A stretch of 64,000 nucleotides of DNA, from positions 27,094,001 through 27,158,000 of the forward strand of contig OZ024749.1 of NCBI GenBank assembly GCA_964016885.1, given 5' to 3'. Both the position numbers and the translations under genes were made by a program. Numbering within the stretch: the stretch's first letter is position 1; the number at the start of each line of letters is the position of its first letter. The notes beneath the pieces are model-generated. The model was not told where the DNA came from. It did no database searches and was given only the letters and a program-made list of their open reading frames with translations. Below are positions 45,227 to 54,429 of this stretch, piece after piece. This DNA comes from Eledone cirrhosa. Taxonomy: Eukaryota.

Positions 45227-45282
<56 letters not shown>

Positions 45283-45335
45283 TATATACATATATATATA
45301 TACATATATATATACATATATATATACATATATAC

Positions 45336-45381
<46 letters not shown>

Positions 45382-45384
45382 ATG

Positions 45385-45422
<38 letters not shown>

Positions 45423-45430
45423 TGTATATG

Positions 45431-45466
<36 letters not shown>

Positions 45467-46061
45467 TACATGTATATGTATATATATATATATATGTATA
45501 TATATACAAAGTAAAATATATATATATATATACAAAGTAAAAACCTACTACAGTCAGTAGGCATCTCTATCAACCCCCCCCCCCCCCCCCCCCGTCCCAC
45601 CACCTCCACCACATCCACACCGCCCCTTTCAATGTAAAGTTATGTTGGTCCCACAACATCCAGGCCGAAACAAATGAGATCGTGTAGGTGTCACGAAAAA
45701 AAAAACACACAGTCCACGCTGTAAATGTGGCCGTGTAGGCAACACTGTAAAAACCTCCCAGCCCCACACTGTAAATGTGGTTGGTGTTAGGAAGGGCATC
45801 CAGCTGTAGAAAACCCGCCAGACAGTCCACGCTGTAATGTGGCCGTGTAGGCAACACGGTAAAAACCTCCCAGCCCCACACTGTAAATGTGGTTGGTGTT
45901 AGGAAGGGCATCCAACTGTAGAAAACCCGCCAGACAGTCCTATGCAAGCAAGACAATCACTCTTGCCTCAAGTGGGAAAACCCCCGTCCAAACCCATGCA
46001 AGCGTGGAACACGGACGCTAAACCTGATGATGATGATGATGATGATGATGATACATGTATA

Positions 46062-46094
<33 letters not shown>

Positions 46095-46152
46095 GTATAT
46101 ACACACATATATATATATATATACATATATATACGTATATATATATGTATAT

Positions 46153-46203
<51 letters not shown>

Positions 46204-46208
46204 TATAC

Positions 46209-46293
<85 letters not shown>

Positions 46294-46422
46294 CATATAT
46301 ATATACATATATATATACGTATATATACATATATATACATGTATACATATATATATATGTATTTACATATATATACATATATATATACGCATATATATTC
46401 ATATATATATATATATATACAT

Positions 46423-46453
<31 letters not shown>

Positions 46454-46471
46454 CGCATATGTATTCATATA

Positions 46472-46505
<34 letters not shown>

Positions 46506-47597
46506 CACATATATATATACATATATAAACTTATATATATGTATATACACATATATATATATATACATATATACAGGACCAGGAGCGACCGATATCCCCG
46601 TGTCAAAATCGATACGTGACCTGGGCATAGACATGAGCGATGATGCATCTTTTTCTTCACACATCATGAAGGTGGCGACAACATGTAGACGACTCGCTGG
46701 CTGGATCTTGAGGACTTTCCGGACAAGAGATCGAGACACCATGTTGACACTGTGGAGGACTTTTGTCCTAAGCCGCCTGGACTACTGCTCCCAGTTGTGG
46801 TCACCCCATAGTGTCAAACTAACCACGGAGCTTGAGGCAATCCAGCGAAGCTACACCAAGAGGATTGCCAAGATGAGGGAGACAAGCTACTGGGAGAGGC
46901 TAAAGGAACTGAACCTCTACTCCTTGGAGCGAAGACGGGAGAGATACGCAGTGATCTACATGTGGAAAATCCTGGAGAGACTAGCACCAAACTTTGGCAT
47001 TGGGAGCTGGACCAACCGTCGAACAGGACATCACTGTGTGGTGTCAAAGGTCCCGTCTTCCACATCTAGAATAAGGAGCAGGTATTGCAATAGCCTGGGA
47101 TTTAAGGGCCCTCAACTCTTCAACAGGCTGCCGAGGCATCTGAGAGACTTGCATGACGTGGAGGTGGATGTCTTTAAGAAACATCTCGACACCTTGTTAT
47201 CCAGGATCCCGGATGAGCCCACAGCAAGACACAAGGGAAACCTAAGGGCAGCAGCAACAAACTCCCTCCTACACCAGTGGCCAACCTATACAGGCTGGAG
47301 ATAAAATGTGTAGCAACAAGGGCGGTGCCCCAGCATGGCCTCAGTCGGATGGCTGAAACAGGTAAAAGAGTAAAAGCGATATGTATATATATGTATATAT
47401 ATATATATATATATCCAGGGAGTGTAACTTGGAGTTACTGTAGGTTCACCCGGGTGAGCACTCGAGTAACCAATCGTCCTTGTTATACATATACATATAT
47501 ATATATGGATATACATATCTATATATGTATATACACATATATATATACATATATATATATATACACATATATATATATATATATATACATATATATA

Positions 47598-47651
<54 letters not shown>

Positions 47652-49494
47652 TAAAATAACAGATTAAAGTTTAAGCAAAGAATCGCTGCTTTCACCCTTA
47701 ACGGGATCTTCTGAAACTAACAAAGTCAATCTGTAAACGCAGAACTGGATATTTGCTCTACGGTTCTTATATATTTGATATATATTTATCCTTATCGAGC
47801 CCTCTTTGGATTTTAGTCTTCAAATTTATTATTATTACTATATATATATATATATATAAATATGTATATACATATATACATATGTATATACACAGATATA
47901 TATATGTATCATCATCATTTTACGTCCGCTGGGACAGGAACTGATTCTGGCTTGATTTATACAGCTGGATGCCCTTCCTAACACCAACCACATTTACAGT
48001 GAATGCTGGGTGCTTTTTTTCCGTGGCACCTCCACGACCACTTTTCAGTGGAATTATAGGGACCCCAATCCTATCATCTCATTTCTACAGCTGAGCAAAC
48101 TGGAGCAATGTGAAATAAAGTGTCTTGCTCAAGGAAGCAACACATCACCTGGTCTGAGAACCTTTCGATTGCAAGGCCAATGCTCTAACCACTAAGCCAT
48201 GTGCCTCTACTATATATATATATATATATATATAGCACGGCCTAGAATCAAAAGGCCTTAAAATTAACCTGGCTAAGACTAAAGTTCTAGTTTGTAAGAA
48301 AGAAAATAAGGCTGCGGTCCCCTCCGGGAAGTGGCCATGCTCAGTGTGTAGGAAAGGCGTAGGTAGAAACTCCATTTTGTGTCCCAAATGCAAAGTATGG
48401 GTGCATAAAAGATGTAGTGGGATCACAGGTAAGCTAACTAAGAACATAGATTTTACATGTGGCCGGTGTTCTGGGGCAATAAGTAGCAGCAAGTGCCCAC
48501 AAAATACTAGCTCTTTCAACTGCGCAGAGGGTTCTATAGAAATAGTGGACAGCTTCCGTTACCTGGGTGACAAAATCAGCAGTGGGGGAGGGTGCTCTGA
48601 AAGTCCAGTAGCTAGAGTCAGAACTGGGTGGAAAAAGTTCAGAGAGCTTATACCTCTACTAGCCGCTAAAGGGTTCTCCCTAAAAATGAAAGGCAGGCTG
48701 TATGATGCCTGCATACGAACAGCAATGTTGCATGGCAGTGAGACCTGGGCATTGTGTGCAGAGGATATACGCAGACTAGAGAGAAACGAAGCTTGCATGC
48801 TCCGCTGGATGTGTAATAGTAATATACGTGAACGGCAAAGCATAAACGAACTAAGAAAAAATTAGAAATAAGAGGGATCAGATGTTGTTTACTCGAGAGA
48901 AGGCTACGTTGGTATGGTCACGTGATGCGCATGAAGAACAATAGCTGTATAACAAAGTGCAGGGCAATAAAGATAGACGGTAGCCACGGAATAGGCAGAC
49001 CCAGAAAAACCTGGGACGAGCTGATAAATTCCGACCTCACACATTTACACCTCTCCAAGACAATGTCACTGGACCGAGACCTTTGGCGGTACTCAGTAAT
49101 AGAGAAGACCCACCTTACCTAAATACAAAGTAAAACCTACTACAGTCAGTAGGCATCTCTAACAAAATACACCCCCGTCCCACCACCCCACCCCATCCAC
49201 ACCGCCCCTTTCAATGTAAAGTTATGTTGGTGCCACAACATCCGGGCCGAAACAAATGAGATCGTGTAGGTGTCACGCTGTAATGTGGCCGTGTAGGCAA
49301 CACGGTAAAAACCTCCCAGCCCCACACTGTAAATGTGGTTGGTGTTAGGAAGGGCATCCAGCTGTAGAAAACCCGCCAGACAGTCCTATGCGAGCAAGAT
49401 AATCACTCTTGCCTCAAGTGGGAAACCCCCGTCCAAACCCATGCAAGCGTGGAACACGGACGTTAAACGTTGATGATGATGATGATGATGATAT

Positions 49495-49551
<57 letters not shown>

Positions 49552-49553
49552 CG

Positions 49554-49590
<37 letters not shown>

Positions 49591-49591
49591 G

Positions 49592-49625
<34 letters not shown>

Positions 49626-49682
49626 CGTATATATATACATATATACATATATATACATATATATACATACATATACATATAT

Positions 49683-49731
<49 letters not shown>

Positions 49732-50651
49732 TATATATATATGCAAAAGTTTTATTTAAAATTGTTGGGTTACAACAAGTAAATATTTTATAACTGATAT
49801 AAAGCACTCGACAAGTTTTGGAGTAGATATACGATATTAAACAAATGGAAACTATATTTATAAAACCATATTTATTTCATTATACATATTTCGGGGATAC
49901 CATATTAAAAATATTCATGAATATTGATATTTACATTATATTACCCAATTCATATGAGTTGATAATTCAAATTGACAGGACATAACGTAAAGATGTAAAT
50001 CTATCATAACTCTCTCTAGATATAGCTCTTTCTTCTCCTCCCTCTTTATATATGATGAAGTCTATGTATCCGTTGTTTTAACTTTGCCTCTCCTATTTCT
50101 CTCTTGATTTTCACCTCCCCCTATATAATTATTATTATTTGGTCTACCTCTTTTTCCCCCCACCTCTATCTTTCTCTCTCTCTGTTTTCTCTTCATCTTT
50201 TATTTCTCTCCGTCTCCTCCCCAACTGTCCTTAACACTATAACTAAATAATTACAGTACTCCCTCCCTCCTAAATCTCTCAATTTGTATGATGAATTATT
50301 ATTATTCATCTGTTGCCTCAGCTGCCTCTCTTTTTTCACCTCCTCACTATTTCTCTCTCCCCTATCTCTCTCTATTTCTCTCTGTTTTTCTTTACATACA
50401 TTTCTTCTTTTTCTCCGTCTTTCTTTTTTTTAACTGTGTTTAACACTAAATATTTATAAACATCTCACTACCAAACCAGCTTCTTACATAACGGTTGCTC
50501 AATTATTTATGGTACGTCAAAATTATTTATAAAACTGTTTATATATTGTATTTTATCTGAAGAAGGCATGCCATATTTTTAATATGGTATCCCCGAAATA
50601 TGTATAATGAAATAAATATGGTTTTATAAATATAGTTTCCATTTGTTTAAT

Positions 50652-50719
<68 letters not shown>

Positions 50720-50798
50720 CATATATATAAATATATATATATATATATACACATATATATATATACATATATATCAGCATTTTCTTTTCCGTTTACCA

Positions 50799-50829
<31 letters not shown>

Positions 50830-51064
50830 TATAAACACATATGTTGTGTTTCAAGGGCCATGAAAAGGGTCAGAGACACTTCCCTTTCCTCTTAAAGGTA
50901 TCAGAATCCCTGAAAATGGTCTCAGACACAGCCCTTCCATCACTGACTAAACATTTAAAATACACAGTTATTTTCTGAAGAGATTGTGGTTAATCATAAT
51001 ATTATTAGTTTACCTGCATTGCAACAATTCTCTCAGATTTCTTAATATGTTTCCCATCCAATCT
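6201..51064 (-). CDS. DNAAF11: Dynein axonemal assembly factor 11 (LRRC6/seahorse/TilB), 5'-partial spliced CDS, 11 exons, 960 nt, 319 aa
   Basis: Manual splice: 51014-51064, 36165-36224, 34599-34696, 33349-33417, 30237-30326, 27277-27354, 11752-11817, 10900-10969, 9402-9497, 7597-7676, 6201-6402. All introns are GT-AG, phases are compatible and the frame is open. LRRC6-type motifs: LDGK.I..SERI.A.Q, FW...[53 protein letters not shown], and C-terminal F.DNP.VP.LI*. N-terminal LRR exons were not found. Confidence 0.93.
6455..7225 (-). mobile_element. Cluster of tRNA-derived SINE family 2 copies
   Basis: Recurrent tttggcacaaggccagc..actggtactttattttatcgaccc..ggatgaaaggcaaagt..gatttgaactc (B box on minus); other copies at ~8280-8462, 31075-31195, 31685-31865 and 36365-36535. 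Confidence 0.8.
7370..7578 (+). mobile_element. Decayed R4/Dong-like LINE restriction-like endonuclease fragment
   Basis: Reads ..[34 protein letters not shown]..; lies near (TAA)n runs. Confidence 0.6.
7597..7676 (-). CDS. DNAAF11: DNAAF11 exon ([26 protein letters not shown])
   Basis: ctccacttcag|ATGAAG...TGAACG|gtaata; 80 nt, phase 0-2; bridges the phases of the flanking exons. Confidence 0.8.
8999..9098. mobile_element. Tc1/mariner-type MITE (~100 bp)
   Basis: TIRs cagggtgcccccaaaaacgtatacacact / agtgtgtatacattttgggatcacgctg. Confidence 0.6.
9402..9497 (-). CDS. DNAAF11: DNAAF11 exon ([32 protein letters not shown])
   Basis: ttttcttcaatcag|ATCTTT...CCAAAG|gtaagt; 96 nt, phase 0-0; [10 protein letters not shown] signature. 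Confidence 0.93.
10050..10445 (+). mobile_element. SINE family 1
   Basis: Near-identical to 173-507. Confidence 0.85.
10900..10969 (-). CDS. DNAAF11: DNAAF11 exon ([23 protein letters not shown])
   Basis: tttctgtgtag|GTTTCT...GGAAAG|gtaagc; 70 nt, phase 2-0. Confidence 0.93.
11752..11817 (-). CDS. DNAAF11: DNAAF11 exon ([21 protein letters not shown]), CS-like domain start
   Basis: ctttcctacacag|GATCAA...TTACAA|gtaagt; 66 nt, phase 2-2. Confidence 0.9.
11878..27120. repeat. ~15.2 kb minisatellite, consensus 47 bp CACAAYAAACACCACCACCAACAACMACAGCAACATCACTACCACTG
   Basis: Uninterrupted array of roughly 330 units (length/period estimate); units vary by whole CAC/AAC triplets. Confidence 0.97.
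27277..27354 (-). CDS. DNAAF11: DNAAF11 exon ([25 protein letters not shown])
   Basis: gttgttatag|CTCTGA...ACCAAA|gtaagt; 78 nt, phase 2-2. Confidence 0.9.
27351..29745. repeat. ~100-110-bp minisatellite (about 23 units) abutting a DNAAF11 exon
   Basis: Unit agagctataacaac(aacatcaac)atatgtatcatatatattac(ac)n(at)ncacatcacatatacagacacacacatatcacacacacacata. Confidence 0.95.
29946..30117 (-). mobile_element. RTE-type LINE C-terminal fragment (second family)
   Basis: [26 protein letters not shown]...[11 protein letters not shown]...*. Confidence 0.7.
30237..30326 (-). CDS. DNAAF11: DNAAF11 exon ([29 protein letters not shown])
   Basis: aattgtag|GTTTTG...AAAGAG|gtgact; 90 nt, phase 2-2; conserved FW..FTPESR motif. 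Confidence 0.9.
30882..31247. mobile_element. piggyBac-like MITE (TTAA ends) with a nested SINE
   Basis: TTAA-TCCTTTAGCATT...AATGCTAAAGGG-TTAA; related copies at 1271-1563 (interrupted) and 33452-33760; second family at 31316-31544. Confidence 0.7.
32088..33180. repeat. 67/68-bp minisatellite (~16 units) with a 203-bp higher-order period
   Basis: Unit cctcagtacaatagtcaactggtggggtaacagtggtgttgtaacacactccccaccccacactacc(c); identical ORFs recur every 203 bp. Confidence 0.95.
33349..33417 (-). CDS. DNAAF11: DNAAF11 exon ([22 protein letters not shown])
   Basis: tcttttcag|GTGTGA...GAAAGA|gtaagt; 69 nt, phase 2-2. Confidence 0.78.
33452..33760. mobile_element. piggyBac-like MITE with a duplicated right end
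   Basis: ttaatcctttagcatt...aatgctaaagggttaa (33667), then a repeat of the last ~95 bp. Confidence 0.7.
34193..34338. repeat. Hairpin element with ~60-bp arms
   Basis: aaaggaaagcacaaacaagggacagg..ctcttcagttgtctgctgggg and its reverse complement; one arm also occurs at ~53410-53450. Confidence 0.8.
34599..34696 (-). CDS. DNAAF11: DNAAF11 exon ([32 protein letters not shown])
   Basis: tctttcaacag|AAAGCA...AACAAG|gtaatt; 98 nt, phase 0-2; poorly conserved linker but phase-compatible. Confidence 0.75.
35080..35440. repeat. ~50-55-bp diverged tandem repeat in a SINE/RTE tail region
   Basis: aaaaacacccagtccaccttgtaaggtggtagtgctggtgccatgac repeated ~7 times, followed by an RTE-like tail. Confidence 0.75.
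35656..36061. mobile_element. Mariner-type MITE (internally duplicated)
   Basis: TA-CGAGGGTGGGCGGAAAAGTTCATAGGCT...TTTTCAGCCAACCCTCG-TA; related copies at ~4140-4260 and ~4810-5010. Confidence 0.75.
36165..36224 (-). CDS. DNAAF11: DNAAF11 exon ([20 protein letters not shown])
   Basis: ttattgcag|AACTTC...AAAAGA|gtgagt; 60 nt, phase 0-0. Confidence 0.85.
37318..37760. mobile_element. SINE family 1 (minus, 37454-37760) with an inverted copy of its 5' ~130 bp (37318-37447)
   Basis: ggaggcacatggcttagtggttagagc... and its reverse complement at the two ends. Confidence 0.88.
37985..38138 (-). ncRNA. Type I hammerhead ribozyme motif, family A (long helix II)
   Basis: Reverse complement of 45019-45172. 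Confidence 0.75.
38704..38785 (+). ncRNA. Type I hammerhead ribozyme motif, family B, copy 1
   Basis: ACTTC-CTGATGA-C[GCAATG..GACAGTT(loop)AACTGTC..CATTGC]A-GAAAC-TAATTA-GTT-GGAGT; helix III palindrome AACTAATTAGTT. Confidence 0.72.
39266..39347 (+). ncRNA. Type I hammerhead ribozyme motif, family B, copy 2
   Basis: Identical to 38704-38785. Confidence 0.72.
39836..39917 (+). ncRNA. Type I hammerhead ribozyme motif, family B, copy 3
   Basis: Identical to 38704-38785. Confidence 0.72.
40752..41077. repeat. Near-perfect hairpin, ~155-bp arms with a short loop
   Basis: ttatatttaaattgttgggttac...cagggacatcacac / gtgtgatgtccctg...gtaacccaacaatttaaatataa; same family as 49746-49913. Confidence 0.9.
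41296..41340 (-). ncRNA. Minimal type I hammerhead ribozyme, family C
   Basis: Reverse complement of AATATTG-CTGATGA-GATGT(AACA)ACATC-GAAAC-TA-GTT-CAATATT. Confidence 0.85.
41762..41806 (-). ncRNA. Minimal type I hammerhead ribozyme, family C
   Basis: Same motif, 466 bp from the previous copy. Confidence 0.85.
42437..42481 (+). ncRNA. Minimal type I hammerhead ribozyme, family C
   Basis: AATATTG-CTGATGA-GATGT(AACA)ACATC-GAAAC-TA-GTT-CAATATT: 7-bp helix I, 5-bp helix II closed by G-C, intact core, palindromic AACTAGTT helix III. Confidence 0.85.
42903..42947 (+). ncRNA. Minimal type I hammerhead ribozyme, family C
   Basis: Same motif, 466 bp downstream of 42437. Confidence 0.85.
45019..45172 (+). 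ncRNA. Type I hammerhead ribozyme motif, family A (long helix II)
   Basis: TTCATTATTT-CTGAAGA-C[GGCATATATATGTGTT...AACACATATATATCCT]A-GAAAC-GATC-GTT-AAATAATGAA; perfect 10-bp helix I and palindromic helix III AACGATCGTT. Confidence 0.75.
45531..46051 (+). mobile_element. RTE LINE 3'UTR-only fragment
   Basis: Matches 49122-49491; ends in (GAT)n. Confidence 0.85.
46576..47378 (+). mobile_element. CR1/L2-group LINE 3' fragment
   Basis: IRDLGI...FSSHI...LAGWILRTF...[14 protein letters not shown]...[28 protein letters not shown]; embedded in (TA)n. Confidence 0.85.
47908..48207 (-). mobile_element. SINE family 1
   Basis: Homology to 173-507. Confidence 0.82.
48235..49491 (+). mobile_element. 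RTE LINE, 5'-truncated
   Basis: Same family as 58606-61866: Cys/His finger, [28 protein letters not shown]; frameshift near 48862; (GAT)n tail; flanked by (TA)n. Confidence 0.92.
49746..50656. mobile_element. pLTR-like element with an inverted terminal copy and a decayed hammerhead
   Basis: 49832-49913 is the reverse complement of 50574-50655; + strand ~50553-50610 reads CTGAAGA-AGG..ATGCCATAT/ATATGGTAT..CC-GAAATATGTA. Confidence 0.6.
51014..51064 (-). CDS. DNAAF11: DNAAF11 exon ([17 protein letters not shown]), LRRcap end
   Basis: tatcttcag|AGATTG...ATGCAG|gtaaac; 51 nt, phase 0-0. Confidence 0.9.
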
Positions 51065-51219
51065 CTGAAGATAGAAAATTAAATTAAATCAGTCATTACA
51101 ATCATATGTTACATTCAGGCATGAATTTTACAGCTGGATGCCCTTCCTCATGCCAACCACTTCACACATATATACACACATATATATATATATACACACA
51201 CACATATATATATATATAA

Positions 51220-52053
51220 GAGAGTATTGAAGTTTGCTTGAAGCATTGTGGAATAATAAGTAAATATCTTTAAGTCGTTTGGAAGCCTCGACAATGCAAA
51301 TGGGTAAATCTCCGGGTAACAAGATCCGATGATGGAGAGAGATGTAAGTGGGTGTACGTTGAGATGCGTGGTGTGTATAAGATGTGTAAGATGTGTAGAA
51401 GAATGAAGGGAAGAGTATAAAGGATAAAATTAAAATAAAAATAACAACACAAGAGAGAGTTACCTTGGGAGAGATTTAATAGTCCCTATATATTTCGGAT
51501 TCACATCCATCAACTGGGGTTTTTTTTCCGGGGTGGGGGAAAAGGTTGTCTGTCGGACAGGTGCAAAACGCGTCCTCCGCTATTTGTTGTTTTGAATATC
51601 TGAGGTATTCGGCAGAGCGCTCGTGCGCGTGAAATGGGGTCGGTCGGGCAGAGGTCAGCAGCCGCATGAGGGAGTAGGGTGGCGCTAGCTGTCAGTCCAT
51701 TCTCTGCCTGTTTGTTAAATGTTACTGTGTGTGTGTGTGCGTGTGTTGTTGCCTCGCTTGAGTGTGTGCGTGTGTTGTTGCCTCGCTTGAGTGTGTGTGT
51801 GTGTGCGTGTGTTGTTGCCTTGTTCCTCTGTATTGGCAGTGTAGTGTAGTATGTTCGTATGGTGGAATGCTACTGTATGTGTGTGCGTGTGTGTAGTTGT
51901 CTTGTTTGTGTGTGTGTGTGTGTGCGTGTGTTGTGTGTTGCTGCATCGTTTGTTAACTTAAACCAGCCATCTCATTTCGCTTCTCTCTGATCGGTTGTTT
52001 ATTTGCGGTTGCAGGCGTTTGATAAAAAGCGCTTCCTTGATACGTAACGTGCC
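51220..52053 (-). mobile_element. Penelope-like element 3' fragment: GIY-YIG C-terminus plus 3' region with a decayed hammerhead
   Basis: LRIKEALFIKRLQPQINNRSE...* (stop at 51958) fits the GIY-YIG end motif; minus strand 51484-51519 reads CCC-CAGTTGA-T-GGAT(GTGA)ATCC-GAAATATATA-GGG; left boundary approximate. Confidence 0.65.
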
Positions 52054-52065
52054 GATACGTAACGT

Positions 52066-53356
52066 GCCGGTCCCCTCCGGGAAATGGCCGTGCTCAGTGT
52101 GTAGGAAAGGCGTAGGTAGAAACTTCATTTTATGTCCCAAATGCAAAGTATGGGTGCATAAAAGATGTAGTGGGATCACAGGTAAGCTAACTAAGAACAC
52201 AGATTTTACATGTGGCCGGTACTCTGGTGAAATAAGTAGCAGCAGGTGCCCACAAAATACTAACTCTTTCAATTGCGCAGAGGGTTCTATAGAAATAGTG
52301 GACAGCTTCCGTTACCTGGGTGACAAAATCAGCAGTGGGGGAGGGTGCTCTGAAAGTACAGTAGCTAGAGTCAGAACTGGGTGGAAAAAGTTCAGAGAGC
52401 TTATACCACTATTAGCCGCTAAAGGGTTCTCCCTAAAAATGAAAGGCAGGTTGTATGATGCCTGCATACGAACAGCAATGTTGCATGGCAGTGAGACCTG
52501 GGCATTGTGTGCAGAGGATATACGCAGACTAGAGAGGAACGAAGCTTGCATGCTCCGCTGGATGTGTAATAGTAATATACATGAACGGCAAAGCATAAAC
52601 GAACTAAGGAAAAAATTAGAAATAAGAGGGATCAAATGTTGTTTACTCGAGAGAAGGCTACGTTGGTATGGTCACGTGATGCGCATGAAAGACGACAGCT
52701 GTATAACAAAGTGCAGGGCAATAAAGATAGATGGTAGCCACGGAGTAGGCAGACCCAGGAAAACCTGGGACAAGCTGATAAATTCCGACCTCACACACTT
52801 ACACCTCTCCAAGACAATGTCACTGGACCGAGACCTTTGGCGGTACTCAGTAACAGAGAAGACCCGCCTTACCTAAATACAAAGTAAAACCTACTAGTCA
52901 GTAGGCATCTCTAACAAAATACACCCCGTCCCACCCCATCCACACCGCCCCCTTCAATGCAAAGTTATGTTGGTGCCACAACATCCAGGCCAAAACAAAC
53001 GAGATCGTGTAGGTGTCACGACAAAAAAACACACAGTCCACGCTGTAACGTGACCGTGTAGGCAACACGGTAAAAACCTCCCAGTCCCACACTGTAAATG
53101 TGGTTGGTGTTAGGAAGGGCATCCAGCTGTAGAAAACACGCCAGACAGTCCACGCTGTAATGTGGCCGTGTAGGCAACACGGTAAAAACCTCCCAGACCC
53201 ACACTGTAAATGTGGTTGGTGTTAGGAAGGGCATCCAGCTGTAGAAAACCCGCCAGACAGTCCTATGCGAGCAAGACAACCACTCTTGCCTCAAGTGGGA
53301 AAACCCCCGTCCAAACCCATGCAAGCGTGGAACAGGGACGTTAAACGATGATGATG

Positions 53357-53358
<2 letters not shown>
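52066..53358 (+). mobile_element. RTE LINE, 5'-truncated
   Basis: Open 3' ORF to 52876, 3'UTR with an internal duplication, (GAT)n tail. Confidence 0.92.
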
Positions 53359-53411
<53 letters not shown>

Positions 53412-53933
53412 AGGAAAGCACAAACAAGGGACAGGTTCGCTCTTCAGTGGTCTGACATTTCAACGCATTAAAGACAATATGTCTATCCCCAGTGCTATCC
53501 CCAATAACTTTTGTAAGCTATTGGGGAAGGAGAAAAGGAACGAAAAAAAACCGCAGAAAACATACCAATAAAGGAGGGGAACATGAGGAGAAAAAGCACA
53601 TGTATGTAAGTAACCGGTAGAGAGAGAGAGAAGGCAAACCGGCAGCTGAACATAAGCCCGAGGTTTTATTGACAACAATATAAGGAGAGCGAAGAAAAAC
53701 AAGTCTAACATCGGCAGGAGTAGGCACAAAGAGGCAGAGACGAGATAAAACAGAAGTAGTAAGGGAGCAAAGAGAAAGAGAGTATGAGTGGAAGAGAGAC
53801 AGAGAGGGGGGAGGGGAAAGAAAGGGTAAGAGTTAATAATAACAACAAGGGAGATGGATATATATATATGTATATATAAAAAAAAAAAGAAAAAACAAGA
53901 TGATGTAGGACAGAGCAAAGAAAAGAATCCCCA

Positions 53934-53976
53934 GTCACTGAAGAGGTCACAGAATGTGTGACGAAAGAACTTTGAC
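53934..53976 (+). ncRNA. Minimal type I hammerhead-like motif
   Basis: GTCA-CTGAAGA-G-GTCACA(GAATG)TGTGAC-GAAAG-AA-CTT-TGAC. Confidence 0.62.
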
Positions 53977-54103
53977 AATATATGAACAACCATCCAGTTG
54001 TGGAACCAACCAACCAGAAATTTATAAATTTATAATAAATTGAAGTGAAAGCAACTGGTGCGTGTGTTTCTTATTGGCAACATGACCCTCCCAAAGTATA
54101 ACA

Positions 54104-54146
<43 letters not shown>

Positions 54147-54429
54147 TTAAAAGTTTATGTAACACCAAGGATTTAAAGCATTTTAAAACTGACAGCTTTT
54201 TCTACCCGTACAAAGCCATTTACAGTCTGTTATAATATAACTTCCTATTTGTAATTGTGACCCCCACTGCATTGAGCTATAAATCAACCTGTAAATCAGT
54301 ATAACTACTACCCTTAATATTATAACTATAATGTTAATATGGCTATTATACATATATATACACACACACATATATATATATATATATTAGAAAAGAGAAG
54401 TAAGGTTCTATACAAAACAGTGGATATAG

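Larger units (their letters stand above)
37788..45233. mobile_element. Nested foldback composite of hammerhead-bearing repeats (Penelope pLTR or retrozyme-like)
   Basis: Outer arms ~37923-38669 / 44488-45233; inner arms ~39989-40765 / 43241-44010; central inverted 466-bp arrays meeting at ~42105; flanked by (TA)n; no long real ORF. Confidence 0.8.

Noticed and set aside
37923-45233. Palindrome as a pure fold-back read or assembly artefact
   Set aside because: The arms differ by substitutions, homopolymer and microsatellite lengths (e.g. G7 vs C10) and by arm-specific blocks of 0.3-1.3 kb. An artefact is therefore unlikely, though long-read confirmation is still needed.
39907-46575. Many long ORFs rich in YI/CV/HT dipeptides (also 27467-30093 and 57861-58690)
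   Set aside because: They are translations of (TA)n, (CA)n and minisatellite DNA, which lacks stops in some frames; there is no protein signal.
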